Source: an uncultured Chloroflexota bacterium
GTDB lineage: Bacteria; Chloroflexota; Dehalococcoidia; Lucifugimonadales; UBA826
Reading direction: 5' to 3'
NCBI GenBank assembly: GCA_913048525.1
Contig: CAJWWP010000004.1
Span: forward strand, 5,074 to 69,073
DNA: 64,000 nucleotides
Shown: positions 8,671 to 18,645 of the stretch, piece after piece
Layout of the letters: each line of letters opens with the position of its first letter
Position numbering within the stretch: the stretch's first letter is position 1
Position numbers and translations under genes: made by a program
The notes under the pieces: generated by a model
Told to the model about the DNA's origin: nothing
Seen by the model: the letters and a program-made list of their open reading frames with translations, nothing else
Database searches by the model: none

Positions 8671-9180
8671 TCAAGTCACGGATATCTCTTTGCCGTTCAA
8701 AAGACAAGTACTCACAAGAGGGATGGCATTTCTAACTAGACTTTCTGCGAAGCATCCTTGCTTGGCTAGTTTAATCACCTCTTTAACCTTGTCCTCAGTT
8801 TCCTCTGAATCAACCTCGAAATAGCTTCTAACTTCAGTTACCGAATTATTCACTGTGCCCTTGATAACTGAGCCTTGCAGAAAATAATCGAGCTCTACAT
8901 TCACATTGGCTGATTTAATTTCTATTCCCTTCATTGAAGCGTACCGCTTCAGATTCGTGAGAAGTCAAAATCCAATTCCCCCCGCTATGTATGTTAGGGG
9001 CGAAGGGAAATTGTCATCACCCCCTAGTCTTGGCGGCTCGTCAGAGTAGAACGTGAATTTCTCTCGTGTTCCTTTGTGCAACATTTTTTCAATATGTTCA
9101 CACTTCACTGAAACCGTGGATTGGAATTTTCCTTTTGGTAATTCCTTACCCACAACTGACTGGGGAATATCGCTTGGCAT
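8671..9180 (-). CDS. OsmC/Ohr-family protein with in-frame TGA at 8965-8967 (candidate selenocysteine; alternatively a nonsense pseudogene)
   Basis: ORF-track entries 8965-9180 and 8671-8934 share one frame and are joined by TGA plus 10 sense codons: ..FPSPLTYIAGGIGF[TGA]LLTNLKRYASMKGIEIK..LAKQGCFAESLV. The TGA falls where OsmC proteins carry the first conserved Cys. The second Cys motif is retained. Confidence 0.6.
8935..8951 (-). promoter_or_regulatory. SECIS-like hairpin downstream of the in-frame UGA
   Basis: The mRNA reads UGA CUUCUCACGAAUC UGAAGCG-GUA-CGCUUCA. This is a 7-bp perfect stem starting at +17 from the U of UGA, with an apical GGU at +23 to +25. Confidence 0.4.
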
Positions 9181-12100
9181 TTATGACTCTCTTTCTGGAT
9201 GAAGATATTCTTGGATCGTAAGAACGTTATAGTTTGATCCTCCTTTACAAAGACTCTCCACCGCCGCTCTAGCTGTATCAAGTGACGTAAAGCAGGGGAC
9301 TCTCCTATCCACCGCCGCTCTCCTGATATGAAACCCATCCTGCATCACTTCTCTAGCCCCTGTTACTGTATTCACAACTGCATCCACAGTCCCGTTGTTT
9401 ATGATATCCACAACGTTTGGTCCATCATCATCTAATCTCTTCGGCACCATAACTACCGGTATTTCAAGACCATTTATAACGGCCGCTGTTCCTTCCGTAG
9501 CAAAAAATTTGTATCCAGCTTCATGAAGACCTTTTATGAGAGATACGCTATCTGCCTTATCTTCATCAGATATGCTAAGAAGTATTGCCCCATTTTTGGG
9601 AAGCATCAGGTTTGATGCCATTAAAGCTTTAGCCGCTGCTGACTCAAAATTTTTATCCAGGCCCATTACCTCACCGGTGGATTTCATTTCAGGACCAAGA
9701 AAAGTATCTACGCCAGCGAGTTTGGACATAGAGAAAACGGGAGCTTTTACACCGACCAAGTCCTGTTTTTTCCAAAGACCTCCCTCATATCCTAAATTTT
9801 TGAGTTTTTTCCCCAACATTGCTTTTACTGCTAATTTCACCATGGGCACACCAGTTATTTTTGATATGAACGGGATCGTTCGACTGGATCTAGGATTGAC
9901 TTCAATAACGTAAACTTGAGTATCCTCCGTTACTGGTTTTTTATTTCCGGGACTTCTGTAAGAAGATCCTCCGACAATGACGTATTGGATGTTCATTAGG
10001 CCACGTACGTCTAACGCCCTTCCTATTCTTGTTGTGTAGTCAACTACAGTTTTTATTTCGGTATCAGATAATGTCAATCCTGGGTATATTGCCATTGAGT
10101 CTCCGCTGTGCACGCCAGCCCTTTCAACATGTTCCATAATTCCAGGTATCAATACCGTTTCCCCATCACAAACAGCGTCTACTTCTACTTCTCTACCTTC
10201 AAAATACTTATCAATTAGTACGTTTCTTCCACCACCAGCCTCAAAGGCGTTGGTCATATAGCGTGCCAGCTCTGTTGCATTTTGCACTATCTCCATTGCT
10301 CTACCGCCTAGCACATAACTTGGTCTCACTAAAACGGGGTATCCAATCTCTTGAGCTACCTTTAAAGCTCCCTCAAGGTCTATCACGGCAGATCCCGGCG
10401 GATTAGGAATGCCGACCCGTGCCAGAAATTCTTCAAAAAGTTGTCTGTCGGATGCTGTGTCTATCGAAGACGCAGTTGACCCTAGTATGGGTAGTCCAGC
10501 GGCATCTAGTGTTTGGGATAGGTTAATGGCGGTTTGGCCTCCGAACTGAACTATGGTGGGAGGAATATCAATTTGACCGCTGTTATTTTCTAGTCCTTCG
10601 TTTTCCAATATGTCTCGAATACTTTCATCATCAAGAGGCTCAAAATAGAGCCTGTCACTAGTGTCAAAATCGGTGGAAACTGTCTCCGGGTTCGAGTTCA
10701 CCATTATGCTTCCGAGGCCCTCTTCTTGAAGAGCCCATGCGGCGTGAACAGAGCAATAGTCAAATTCAATACCCTGTCCGATCCTGATAGGTCCGCTTCC
10801 GATTACCAGAGATTTTGGGCCAGGTAGTGGCTCTGCTTCGTTTTCCTCTTCATAAGTACTATAAAAATAAGGAGTTAGAGCTTCGAATTCGGCTGCACAG
10901 GTATCGACCATTTTGAAAACTGGTCTAAAACCGTAGCCTTTCCTTAACCGTCTAGTTTCCTCAGTAGTTCTATCGGTTAAGACGGCTATTCGATCATCTG
11001 GAAACCCCATCCTTTTTGCCTGATACATTAAATTTTGGTCAAGATGCTCATGAATGAGCCGGTTTTCCATATTCGTGATTCTTTCGAACGCTCTCAGGAA
11101 CCAAGGATCTATGCCAGTTCTTCTTGAGAGTTCTTCAGGACTCACATTTCTTCTCAAGGCTGATAGAACTGCCCAAAGTCTTTCATCATTCGGCCCTATC
11201 GGTAATGTGCTAAGCACAGGTTGGTCAGGAGTTATCCAGTCTGGGTCCTCCCAGAGGATAGATCTGTTAGTTATTTCTAAGGATCTTACAGCTTTCTGAA
11301 AAGCGGCTTCGAAAGTTCTATCTATTGCCATGACCTCGCCCGTAGCTTTCATCTGCGTGCCGAGTGTTCTGTCACCAGTAGGAAATTTGTCAAATGGCCA
11401 CCTAGGTATCTTTACAACACAGTAATCCAGAGCTGGTTCAAAAGCTGCTACTGTTTTCTCTGTTACTGCGTTAGGAATTTCGTCTAAAGTGCGTCCCACG
11501 GCTATTTTCGCGGCTACACGAGCGATTGGGTATCCTGTAGCCTTACTAGCTAGTGCCGAGCTGCGGCTTACCCGTGGATTAACTTCGATAACGTAGTAGC
11601 CTTCGCCTTCAGTACCCTTATCTGGGAGGGTTTCACCCACGATTTCTCCTGGTGCTAAGGCAAACTGCACGTTGCATCCACCCTCAATCCCCAATTTTCT
11701 AATTATCTTTAGGCTTGCGGTGCGTAATTTTTGATAGTCATTGTCAGATAGCGTCTGGCTTGGGGCTACGACTATGCTGTCCCCTGTGTGTACCCCCATC
11801 GGATCTATATTTTCCATATTGCATATTGTGATGCAGTTGTCTGCACTATCCCGCATTACCTCATATTCGAGTTCTTTCCAGCCAACGATAGATTTCTCAA
11901 TGAGTACCTGACTTATAGGGCTAGCTGATAGTCCTCCCCTGACAATTTCCTCGAACTCCTCTTCGTTAGTTGCGATTCCTCCCCCGGTGCCGCCAAGTGT
12001 ATATGCTGGTCGAACAACTAGTGGGAGGCCAATTTCTAATTTTGCTGAGGCGGCTTCACCCATGTTGTTCACTGTGGAACTTGGAGGTGCCGGTTCGCCT

Positions 12101-12510
12101 ATATCAGCGAGCATTTTTCGGAACAGGTCTCTATCCTCAGCATTTTTGATCGTGTCGATAGAACTTCCGAGTAGCGCCACATTGTGTTTTTTCAGCACTC
12201 CCGCTTCATGCAATTCCATCGCAAGATTGAGACCAGTTTGGCCTCCTAGAGTAGGGAGCAACCCGTCTGGTTTTTCACGCTCCATAATTCTATCTAATAC
12301 AGGAACAGTTAATGGCTCCACGTAAACTCGGTCAGCGACATCAGTGTCTGTCATGATAGTGGCTGGGTTGGAGTTGACGAGAACGGTCTCAATTCCTTCT
12401 TCACGGAGTGATTTGCAAGCCTGTGTTCCCGCGTAATCAAATTCAGCGGCTTGACCTATCACAATCGGGCCGGATCCAATAACTAGTATTTTTCGTAATT
12501 TTTTAGTCAA
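9181..12510 (-). CDS. carB: Carbamoyl-phosphate synthase large subunit
   Basis: 1109 aa with duplicated ATP-grasp halves ([22 protein letters not shown] and [24 protein letters not shown]) and a C-terminal MGS-like domain. Confidence 0.97.
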   Translation of the reverse strand: MTKKLRKILVIGSGPIVIGQAAEFDYAGTQACKSLREEGIETVLVNSNPATIMTDTDVADRVYVEPLTVPVLDRIMEREKPDGLLPTLGGQTGLNLAMELHEAGVLKKHNVALLGSSIDTIKNAEDRDLFRKMLADIGEPAPPSSTVNNMGEAASAKLEIGLPLVVRPAYTLGGTGGGIATNEEEFEEIVRGGLSASPISQVLIEKSIVGWKELEYEVMRDSADNCITICNMENIDPMGVHTGDSIVVAPSQTLSDNDYQKLRTASLKIIRKLGIEGGCNVQFALAPGEIVGETLPDKGTEGEGYYVIEVNPRVSRSSALASKATGYPIARVAAKIAVGRTLDEIPNAVTEKTVAAFEPALDYCVVKIPRWPFDKFPTGDRTLGTQMKATGEVMAIDRTFEAAFQKAVRSLEITNRSILWEDPDWITPDQPVLSTLPIGPNDERLWAVLSALRRNVSPEELSRRTGIDPWFLRAFERITNMENRLIHEHLDQNLMYQAKRMGFPDDRIAVLTDRTTEETRRLRKGYGFRPVFKMVDTCAAEFEALTPYFYSTYEEENEAEPLPGPKSLVIGSGPIRIGQGIEFDYCSVHAAWALQEEGLGSIMVNSNPETVSTDFDTSDRLYFEPLDDESIRDILENEGLENNSGQIDIPPTIVQFGGQTAINLSQTLDAAGLPILGSTASSIDTASDRQLFEEFLARVGIPNPPGSAVIDLEGALKVAQEIGYPVLVRPSYVLGGRAMEIVQNATELARYMTNAFEAGGGRNVLIDKYFEGREVEVDAVCDGETVLIPGIMEHVERAGVHSGDSMAIYPGLTLSDTEIKTVVDYTTRIGRALDVRGLMNIQYVIVGGSSYRSPGNKKPVTEDTQVYVIEVNPRSSRTIPFISKITGVPMVKLAVKAMLGKKLKNLGYEGGLWKKQDLVGVKAPVFSMSKLAGVDTFLGPEMKSTGEVMGLDKNFESAAAKALMASNLMLPKNGAILLSISDEDKADSVSLIKGLHEAGYKFFATEGTAAVINGLEIPVVMVPKRLDDDGPNVVDIINNGTVDAVVNTVTGAREVMQDGFHIRRAAVDRRVPCFTSLDTARAAVESLCKGGSNYNVLTIQEYLHPERES

Positions 12511-13261
12511 TTAAGTAATCATTCTCCGATAAATAATCTCTTAGTTTGTCGGGAAAATTTATAGTCATACCGTCTACACCACATTTAACAGCCTTCCTCA
12601 TCAGATCTTCGTTAAATACACCATGACATCTGACTTCTAGTCCTCTATTTTGAATTTTATTTACCAGGGCTGGAGTGATTAGTTCCGCCCTGGGACACAG
12701 TTGGTTGAATTTGGCCTCAACAGCTTCATCCACAAGACTGTCATTCCATGGGCTTCCTGGCCCCAATGGGACCAACCAACCAGTTTTGATTTCAGGGGCA
12801 TGTGACTTGGCTTCTTCTACCCATTGTTTCCAAAATGAAGTGATAACAACGTTATTCTCAATTCCATAGTTTCTAACCATATCGCAGGTTTTGCTAGCCA
12901 AACCCGGTACGCTACGGGCTTTTATTTCTATGTGAAAATTTAATTGGCCCCAGTATCTATCTAATACGTCTGTGAGAGTGCTGATCCTCTGCTCTGAAAA
13001 ACCTTTTCCAAACCAAGATCCTGCATCAAGTTTTTTAAGCTGAGCTAAAGTTAGTCCTGAGACATATCCGACCCCGTTAGTTGTTCGTTCGACGGTGTCG
13101 TCATGAATTACCACGATGTAATTATCTTTAGTGAAATGGACATCTAATTCGATGTCAGTCACTCCCATATCTAGTGCCAAGTCAAAGGCAGCCAAAGTGT
13201 TCTCTGGAGCGTAGGAAGAGGCTCCGCGATGGGCTATATTGGTAAGTTGTTTCACGCTCAC
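12503..13261 (-). CDS. Glycerophosphodiester phosphodiesterase (GDPD) family protein
   Basis: [49 protein letters not shown] is the GDPD catalytic core. GTG start overlaps the carA stop (GTGA), and the 3' end overlaps the carB start by 8 nt. Confidence 0.85.
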   Translation of the reverse strand: MSVKQLTNIAHRGASSYAPENTLAAFDLALDMGVTDIELDVHFTKDNYIVVIHDDTVERTTNGVGYVSGLTLAQLKKLDAGSWFGKGFSEQRISTLTDVLDRYWGQLNFHIEIKARSVPGLASKTCDMVRNYGIENNVVITSFWKQWVEEAKSHAPEIKTGWLVPLGPGSPWNDSLVDEAVEAKFNQLCPRAELITPALVNKIQNRGLEVRCHGVFNEDLMRKAVKCGVDGMTINFPDKLRDYLSENDYLID

Positions 13262-14364
13262 GACTTAGCCTCTCTAACCATATCTAAGAATTGGTTAAAT
13301 ATGTATTCGTTATCCTTTGGACCTGGGGAAGCCTCAGAGTGATATTGGATGCTCATTGCTGGTAAAGATCGATGTCGTATACCTTCGACAGTTTGATCAT
13401 TCATGCTTACATGGCTAACTTCGACTTCTGATGGTAAGGAGTCTGGGTCGATTGAGTAGCCGTGATTTTGGGCGGTGATATATACTCGCCCTGTGGAGAT
13501 GTCCTGTACGGGATGATTTGATCCTCGATGCCCAAATTTAAGTTTATATGTTTTTCCGCCCAGCGCTTGTCCTAGCACCTGATTACCAAGGCATATCCCC
13601 ATTATTGGCACTCGCCCTAGTAAACCCTTAACGGTTTCTACCGTATATTCAAGTAGTTCAGGGTCACCGGGACCTGGTGACAGCATTATGCCATCAGGGT
13701 TTTGTTTCAGAAGCTCTTCAGCTGTTGTGTCAGAGGGAAATACCTCTACAGCACAGCCATTGGATCTAAGTATTCTAAGTATGTTGAATTTAAGTCCAAA
13801 ATCTGATACGAGTATTTTGAGGTCTGGATTTTTTGGGGGGATATTTTTTATGGATTGAGTCCAGTTGTATGGCTCAATGGAACTTACCTGGGTTACGTAA
13901 TTTACCTTTCCATATGCTGGGATATTTTTGAGCTGGGAAAGGGCTTCTTCAGGACTTATATTGATTGCTATTGCCCCCATCATGACTCCACGTGTTCGTA
14001 TTCTCCGGGTGACGGCGCGAGTATCAATTTCGCTGATTCCAGGGATGTCATGTGCAAGTAAAAAGTCGGTCAGTGTGGATGAACTCTCCCGATGGCTGGG
14101 CTCTTGGCATTGTTGTCGCACTACAAATCCTGAGACTTGAATTTCTTTGGACTCATTGTTTTCTTTATTTATTCCATAATTACCTATCATTGGGTAGGTG
14201 GGTACGACAATCTGTCCCGCGTAAGATGGGTCAGTTAGCATTTCTTGATACCCTGTCATGGAGGTATTGAAAACCACTTCACCGTAAGCCTCGTTAACGG
14301 AACTGAACGGGACGCCTCTAAACGTAGATCCATCCTCTAATACTAGATAAGCTGGTTTTGACAA
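13258..14364 (-). CDS. carA: Carbamoyl-phosphate synthase small (glutaminase) subunit
   Basis: N-terminal CPSase small domain (VFNTSMTGYQEMLTDPSYAGQIV) and a class-I GATase (PIMGICLGNQVL, FGHRGSNHPV, QYHSEASPGP). Confidence 0.95.
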   Translation of the reverse strand: MSKPAYLVLEDGSTFRGVPFSSVNEAYGEVVFNTSMTGYQEMLTDPSYAGQIVVPTYPMIGNYGINKENNESKEIQVSGFVVRQQCQEPSHRESSSTLTDFLLAHDIPGISEIDTRAVTRRIRTRGVMMGAIAINISPEEALSQLKNIPAYGKVNYVTQVSSIEPYNWTQSIKNIPPKNPDLKILVSDFGLKFNILRILRSNGCAVEVFPSDTTAEELLKQNPDGIMLSPGPGDPELLEYTVETVKGLLGRVPIMGICLGNQVLGQALGGKTYKLKFGHRGSNHPVQDISTGRVYITAQNHGYSIDPDSLPSEVEVSHVSMNDQTVEGIRHRSLPAMSIQYHSEASPGPKDNEYIFNQFLDMVREAKS

Positions 14365-14401
14365 TTTTAGTTATCCTCTTATTAATTTACTTTACGTTGA
14401 G

Positions 14402-15748
14402 TTAGTCGTTTCGATAGACATATTCCCCACCGTAAAATGTTGCCTTAACTTTCCCAGTTAGTAATGTTCCATCTAGGGGAGTATTTTTCCCTTTGGATAA
14501 AAATAAACTTGAGTTAACTTTCCACTCTTCGTTGAGATCGAAAACTGTCACATCTGCTGGCCTGCCCACTTTCAAGGTGCCGAGGTTGCTTCCAAGAAAG
14601 GCCGCAGGGTCGGCTGTGAGTTTTTTAATAATCGTTCCTAAACCTACTTTTTTGTTGTGGTAAAGGGAGAGTACAGACCCAAGAGCCGTTTCAAAAACAC
14701 TGATTCCAAAAGCTGCCTCTTGGAATGTGCATACCTTATCGACACTACTGTGGGGCGCATGGTCTGTAGCAATAAAGTCTATTGTGCCGTCATTGATTCC
14801 GTTTGCCATAACGGACATATCAGCGACATTTCGTAATGGGGGGTTTACTTTTGCAGTGGTGTTGTAAGCCTTCGGAGTTAAGGCATCAAATACTGAGTTT
14901 TCATCACCAATCGATAGCACAGCTTCATCAGTGAGAGTGAGATGGTGTGGAGTCACCTCGCAGGTTACATTAATGCCTCGTTTTTTTGCGGCCCTAACCA
15001 TATCGAGGGTCCCTGACGTACTTATGTGAGCTAGATGAATTTTTCCTCCAGTGAGTTCAGAAAGAGAGATGTCTCTGGCCACCATCACCTCTTCAGCAGA
15101 ATTGGGCATGCCTTTTAATCCCAGTCTGGTAGCGACCCAGCCTTCATTCATTGATGCCTCGTTCGCTAATTCTGGTACTTCACAGTGGTTGATTATTGGC
15201 AATCCTAGACTGGAACTATACGTCAGGGCTTGCCTCATAATGTTTGCATCAGACACAGGTTTGCCATCATCACTAAATCCAATTACCCCGGCATCAGCGA
15301 GTTCAGACATTTCTGACAGCTCTTTCCCATGACTATTTTTGGTCACACAACCTATCGGTAAAACTCTTATAACCCCTTCCATCAGGGCCTTGGTCTTCAC
15401 GAAATCTACTATTGCCCTTGTGTCAATTGGTGGATTTGTATTTGGCATGGCGCAAACTGTAGTGAATCCACCCGCAGCAGCCGATTTGGTTCCCGTAGCA
15501 ATAGTCTCTTTGTATTCTTCGCCTGGTTCCCGCAGATGGCAGTGGACATCAATAAATCCTGGAGAGACTATCATTCCATCAGCGTCATATACTGCTGTAC
15601 TTTGACTTGCGGAGGTGATCTGACCTATTTTCTCAATTTTCCCATCCACAATTAGTAAATCGGCAACTTCATCTCTGTCAGAAGCAGGATCTATAAGCCT
15701 TCCACTCTTGATAAGGACTGATTTCGACAATGTAATTCTCCGTTTCAT
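14402..15748 (-). CDS. pyrC: Dihydroorotase
   Basis: Metal-binding FIDVHCHLREPG, the later HLAHIS and FIATDHAPH. Confidence 0.92.
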   Translation of the reverse strand: MKRRITLSKSVLIKSGRLIDPASDRDEVADLLIVDGKIEKIGQITSASQSTAVYDADGMIVSPGFIDVHCHLREPGEEYKETIATGTKSAAAGGFTTVCAMPNTNPPIDTRAIVDFVKTKALMEGVIRVLPIGCVTKNSHGKELSEMSELADAGVIGFSDDGKPVSDANIMRQALTYSSSLGLPIINHCEVPELANEASMNEGWVATRLGLKGMPNSAEEVMVARDISLSELTGGKIHLAHISTSGTLDMVRAAKKRGINVTCEVTPHHLTLTDEAVLSIGDENSVFDALTPKAYNTTAKVNPPLRNVADMSVMANGINDGTIDFIATDHAPHSSVDKVCTFQEAAFGISVFETALGSVLSLYHNKKVGLGTIIKKLTADPAAFLGSNLGTLKVGRPADVTVFDLNEEWKVNSSLFLSKGKNTPLDGTLLTGKVKATFYGGEYVYRND

Positions 15749-15754
15749 AAGGTG

Positions 15755-16741
15755 CTAAATTTCTAAGTTTTGACCGGCTGCCATGGAATAAAGTAGTGAC
15801 ATCCGGACTGCTACCCCACTTTTTACTTGCTCTTCTATAACCGATTGAGCGCCATGGGCTATGTCAGTCTCTATCTCAACACCTTCGTTCATTGGTCCAG
15901 GATGCATTACTAACGCCCCATCTTTGGCAATGGCAAGACGTCGAGCATTTATTCCGTAGGTTTGGGAATATTCCCTGAGCGAAGGAAGATGTCCTGCCCT
16001 CTGTCTTTCCAGTTGAAGTCTTAGTGTCATAATCACATCAGCATCTTTCAGTGCAGTGTCCAAGTCGGTTTGCACTTCCACTCCAGCGAAAGGATGGCCT
16101 TCCTCTGTCCGATGACCGTTAAGGAAATCATTTGGGATTAAGGTTTGAGGTCCACAAATTACAACTCGTGCCCCCATTTTAGTGAGTCCCCATAGATTTG
16201 AACGAGCTACTCTGGAATACAAAATATCGCCTACAATAACGATTTTCTTTCCCTCTATGTCTCCAATGTTCTTTCTGATCGTGTATAGGTCTAGGAGACT
16301 TTGTGTGGGGTGTGCGTGAGTGCCATCTCCCGCATTTATAATATTGGACTTCAACTGGCGGGCGAGGAAATGAGGGGCACCTGAGTGAGGGTGTCTTATT
16401 ACGATTATGTCGGCTTGCATCGCCTGTATCGTTAAAGCTGTGTTGTAGAGGGACTCTCCTTTTTTAGCACTACTTCCGCCGCTCGATACATTTATAACAT
16501 CGGCACTTAGAATTTTTGCTGCTTGCTCAAAGGAAACCCTCGTTCTAGTACTAGATTCATAAAATAGCGTAACAACAGTTTTGCCTCTAAGGGCGGGCAC
16601 TTTTCTGATTTCCCGGTCCAAAACCTGTTCCATGGCCACTGTATTGTCCAAAACGTGGGTAATTTCTTGCTTCGTGAAGCTATCCAAATCAAGAACGTGT
16701 TTCTGACCGAAAGAGTGTTTGGAGTCTGTTTCCAAGGTCAA
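15755..16741 (-). CDS. pyrB: Aspartate carbamoyltransferase catalytic subunit
   Basis: [11 protein letters not shown] carbamoyl-phosphate motif, [11 protein letters not shown] and [11 protein letters not shown]. Confidence 0.95.
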   Translation of the reverse strand: MTLETDSKHSFGQKHVLDLDSFTKQEITHVLDNTVAMEQVLDREIRKVPALRGKTVVTLFYESSTRTRVSFEQAAKILSADVINVSSGGSSAKKGESLYNTALTIQAMQADIIVIRHPHSGAPHFLARQLKSNIINAGDGTHAHPTQSLLDLYTIRKNIGDIEGKKIVIVGDILYSRVARSNLWGLTKMGARVVICGPQTLIPNDFLNGHRTEEGHPFAGVEVQTDLDTALKDADVIMTLRLQLERQRAGHLPSLREYSQTYGINARRLAIAKDGALVMHPGPMNEGVEIETDIAHGAQSVIEEQVKSGVAVRMSLLYSMAAGQNLEI

Positions 16742-17298
16742 ATCTCGTCTCCCATACCGTCGCTTTTCGTGGTAATTACTATTTCATCTTCGCCATCTAT
16801 TTCTCGCAGTCTTACCTGTACATCTTCATCCCTGGCAGTTGGAACGTTCTTGCCGACATAGTCAGCCCTAATTGGTAGTTCCCTATGCCCTCTGTCGACT
16901 AGTACTCCTAGTTGCATCTGGCTTGGGCGTCCGAAATCGCTTATGGCATCCATCGCAGCTCTGATAGATCTTCCTGTGTAAAGAACGTCGTCAATAATTA
17001 CTACTGTTTTACCATTGATGTCGGGGGGAATGTCGGTTGGTTTCATGAGAGGACTTCCCTTTTCAGATATGTCATCTCTATACATACCGATGTCTAGTTT
17101 GCCTACAGGAATTCTTACTCCCTCGAAGCGCTCGATGGCTGTAGAAATTCGCTGAGCGAGTGGTACTCCTCTTGAATGCATACCAACTAACACTACATCA
17201 GTAACGCCACCGTTTCTCTCAAGGATTTCATGAGAAATTCGTGTTAAAGCCCTTTCTATTTGGACTGGATTTTGTATGCGTTTCTCAATTAATGGCAC
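16738..17298 (-). CDS. pyrR: Bifunctional pyr operon regulator / uracil phosphoribosyltransferase PyrR
   Basis: [13 protein letters not shown].. and the PRPP-binding loop [20 protein letters not shown] start; overlaps pyrB by 4 nt. Confidence 0.93.
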   Translation of the reverse strand: MPLIEKRIQNPVQIERALTRISHEILERNGGVTDVVLVGMHSRGVPLAQRISTAIERFEGVRIPVGKLDIGMYRDDISEKGSPLMKPTDIPPDINGKTVVIIDDVLYTGRSIRAAMDAISDFGRPSQMQLGVLVDRGHRELPIRADYVGKNVPTARDEDVQVRLREIDGEDEIVITTKSDGMGDEI

Positions 17299-17430
17299 GA
17301 ACGTACCTTAGAGAAGCGAGGGGTAATTCCAAGTTGAATGGGAACCTGGCCAATTCAAACCTCCTGTGTTTCTGGACAAGAGGTGTTTGCAAGTCCCGTC
17401 GAATTAAAGAAAGTTCGACCACTTGCATAT

Positions 17431-17465
17431 CCCTTGCCAGACTCTCTTGGACCGACTTAAAGGGT
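17431..17465 (-). promoter_or_regulatory. Candidate PyrR-binding RNA loop in the pyr leader
   Basis: The minus-strand RNA reads CCCUUUAAGUCGGUCCAAGAGAGUCUGGCAAGGG. It resembles the PyrR binding-loop consensus (UUUAA..UCCAGAGAGGCU..AAGG) with one inserted A. It is followed by nested hairpins (GCAAGU..GUCGAA..UUCGAC..ACUUGC). A TTGAAG-18-TACTAT promoter candidate lies at 17487-17516. Confidence 0.5.
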
Positions 17466-17617
17466 GATGTAAAAATACGCACTTAGATAGTACACGCTCA
17501 TAACAAGATACTTCAACTCTTTCTCACAATATATTGGAGTTTTACATTTTGAAAACAAAGGTGAATCCTTGTAATATCTTGGGTGTAATATTGATCAAAT
17601 CTTGACAAGGAAAAGAG

Positions 17618-18073
17618 ATGACTACGGAAACAATGATTCCTGACCTCGTTTCCGCTGGAGGAGTAGTTTATAAGATTTGTGGTGACTCGCTCCAAGTAGC
17701 GGTCTGTTCTCGAAAACAACCTTTGTCACACAATTTGCCAAAAGGAACACCTGAAGTTGGGGAAACTTTGGAGAATACAGCTTGTCGGGAAGTAGAAGAG
17801 GAAACTGGACTTAGAGTAGAAATATTAGATTACATTGGCTTCATAGAGTACGATTCAACTCATGGTAAGAGTAGTGGAGAAGAGCTAAAAAGAGTGCACT
17901 ACTTTCTTATGTGCTCTGTAGGAGGTGATTTTTCGCTACACGATACAGAGTTTGATGTCGTAGAGTGGATTGAGAGTTCAGGTATTTCATCAATACTTAC
18001 TTATGAAAACGAGGTAGAAATTGTTCAAAAAGGCCTTTCCATGGTCGAGAGAAGATCAAAAGGAACTTCCTGA
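17618..18073 (+). CDS. NUDIX hydrolase
   Basis: Nudix box GTPEVGETLENTACREVEEETGL (Gx5Ex7REUxEExGU). Confidence 0.85.
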   Translation: MTTETMIPDLVSAGGVVYKICGDSLQVAVCSRKQPLSHNLPKGTPEVGETLENTACREVEEETGLRVEILDYIGFIEYDSTHGKSSGEELKRVHYFLMCSVGGDFSLHDTEFDVVEWIESSGISSILTYENEVEIVQKGLSMVERRSKGTS

Positions 18074-18617
18074 AGTAGATATTTCAGGAAGCCTTGTTCG
18101 AATCAGAGAAAAACGAACAGAGGATATTCCTGACGAGTATGCTTGGAGAGTGGATGAAGAACTATCTCGCCTGGATGCCACAAGACCTCTCACTATGTCC
18201 TATGAGGATTTTTTCCGATATACGCGTGAAGAGATTCAATTTCAGAGCTATCGCTCAAAGCGTTTAGCTGTTGATACCTTAGAGGATCTGCATATTGGTA
18301 ACGTTATGTACTATGACTTCAACAAAAAAAATGCTGAGGTCGAGCTTGGAATAATGATTGGGGATAAGGATTATTGGGGCAAGGGTTATGGAACTGACAT
18401 AGTTGTCACGCTTCTGAATTATCTTTTTACAGTTTTGGCAATGAAAAGAGTGTATCTCCATACACTGGCTTGGAATTATCGGGCCCAGGCTTCATTCACG
18501 AAATCAGGGTTTAGAGAAGTGAGACCTGTTAGAAGAGGTGGGCAAGACTTCGTCCTTATGGAGGTTCTCCATACTGACTGGGACCCAGATAAACTACTGG
18601 ACCCGGTCCCAGAGTAA
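18021..18617 (+). CDS. GNAT family N-acetyltransferase (RimJ/RimL-like)
   Basis: IGDKDYWGKGYGTDIVVTLLNYLF matches the acetyl-CoA-binding segment. TTG start with GAGG 6 nt upstream; overlaps the NUDIX gene by 53 nt. Confidence 0.75.
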   Translation: MFKKAFPWSREDQKELPEVDISGSLVRIREKRTEDIPDEYAWRVDEELSRLDATRPLTMSYEDFFRYTREEIQFQSYRSKRLAVDTLEDLHIGNVMYYDFNKKNAEVELGIMIGDKDYWGKGYGTDIVVTLLNYLFTVLAMKRVYLHTLAWNYRAQASFTKSGFREVRPVRRGGQDFVLMEVLHTDWDPDKLLDPVPE

Positions 18618-18645
18618 AAGTGGATTTATAGACACATTGGCCGGA

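Noticed and set aside
9105-9338. A 77-aa ORF spanning the carB/OsmC junction.
   Set aside because: It is out of frame with, and overlaps, two well-supported genes. It has no motif.
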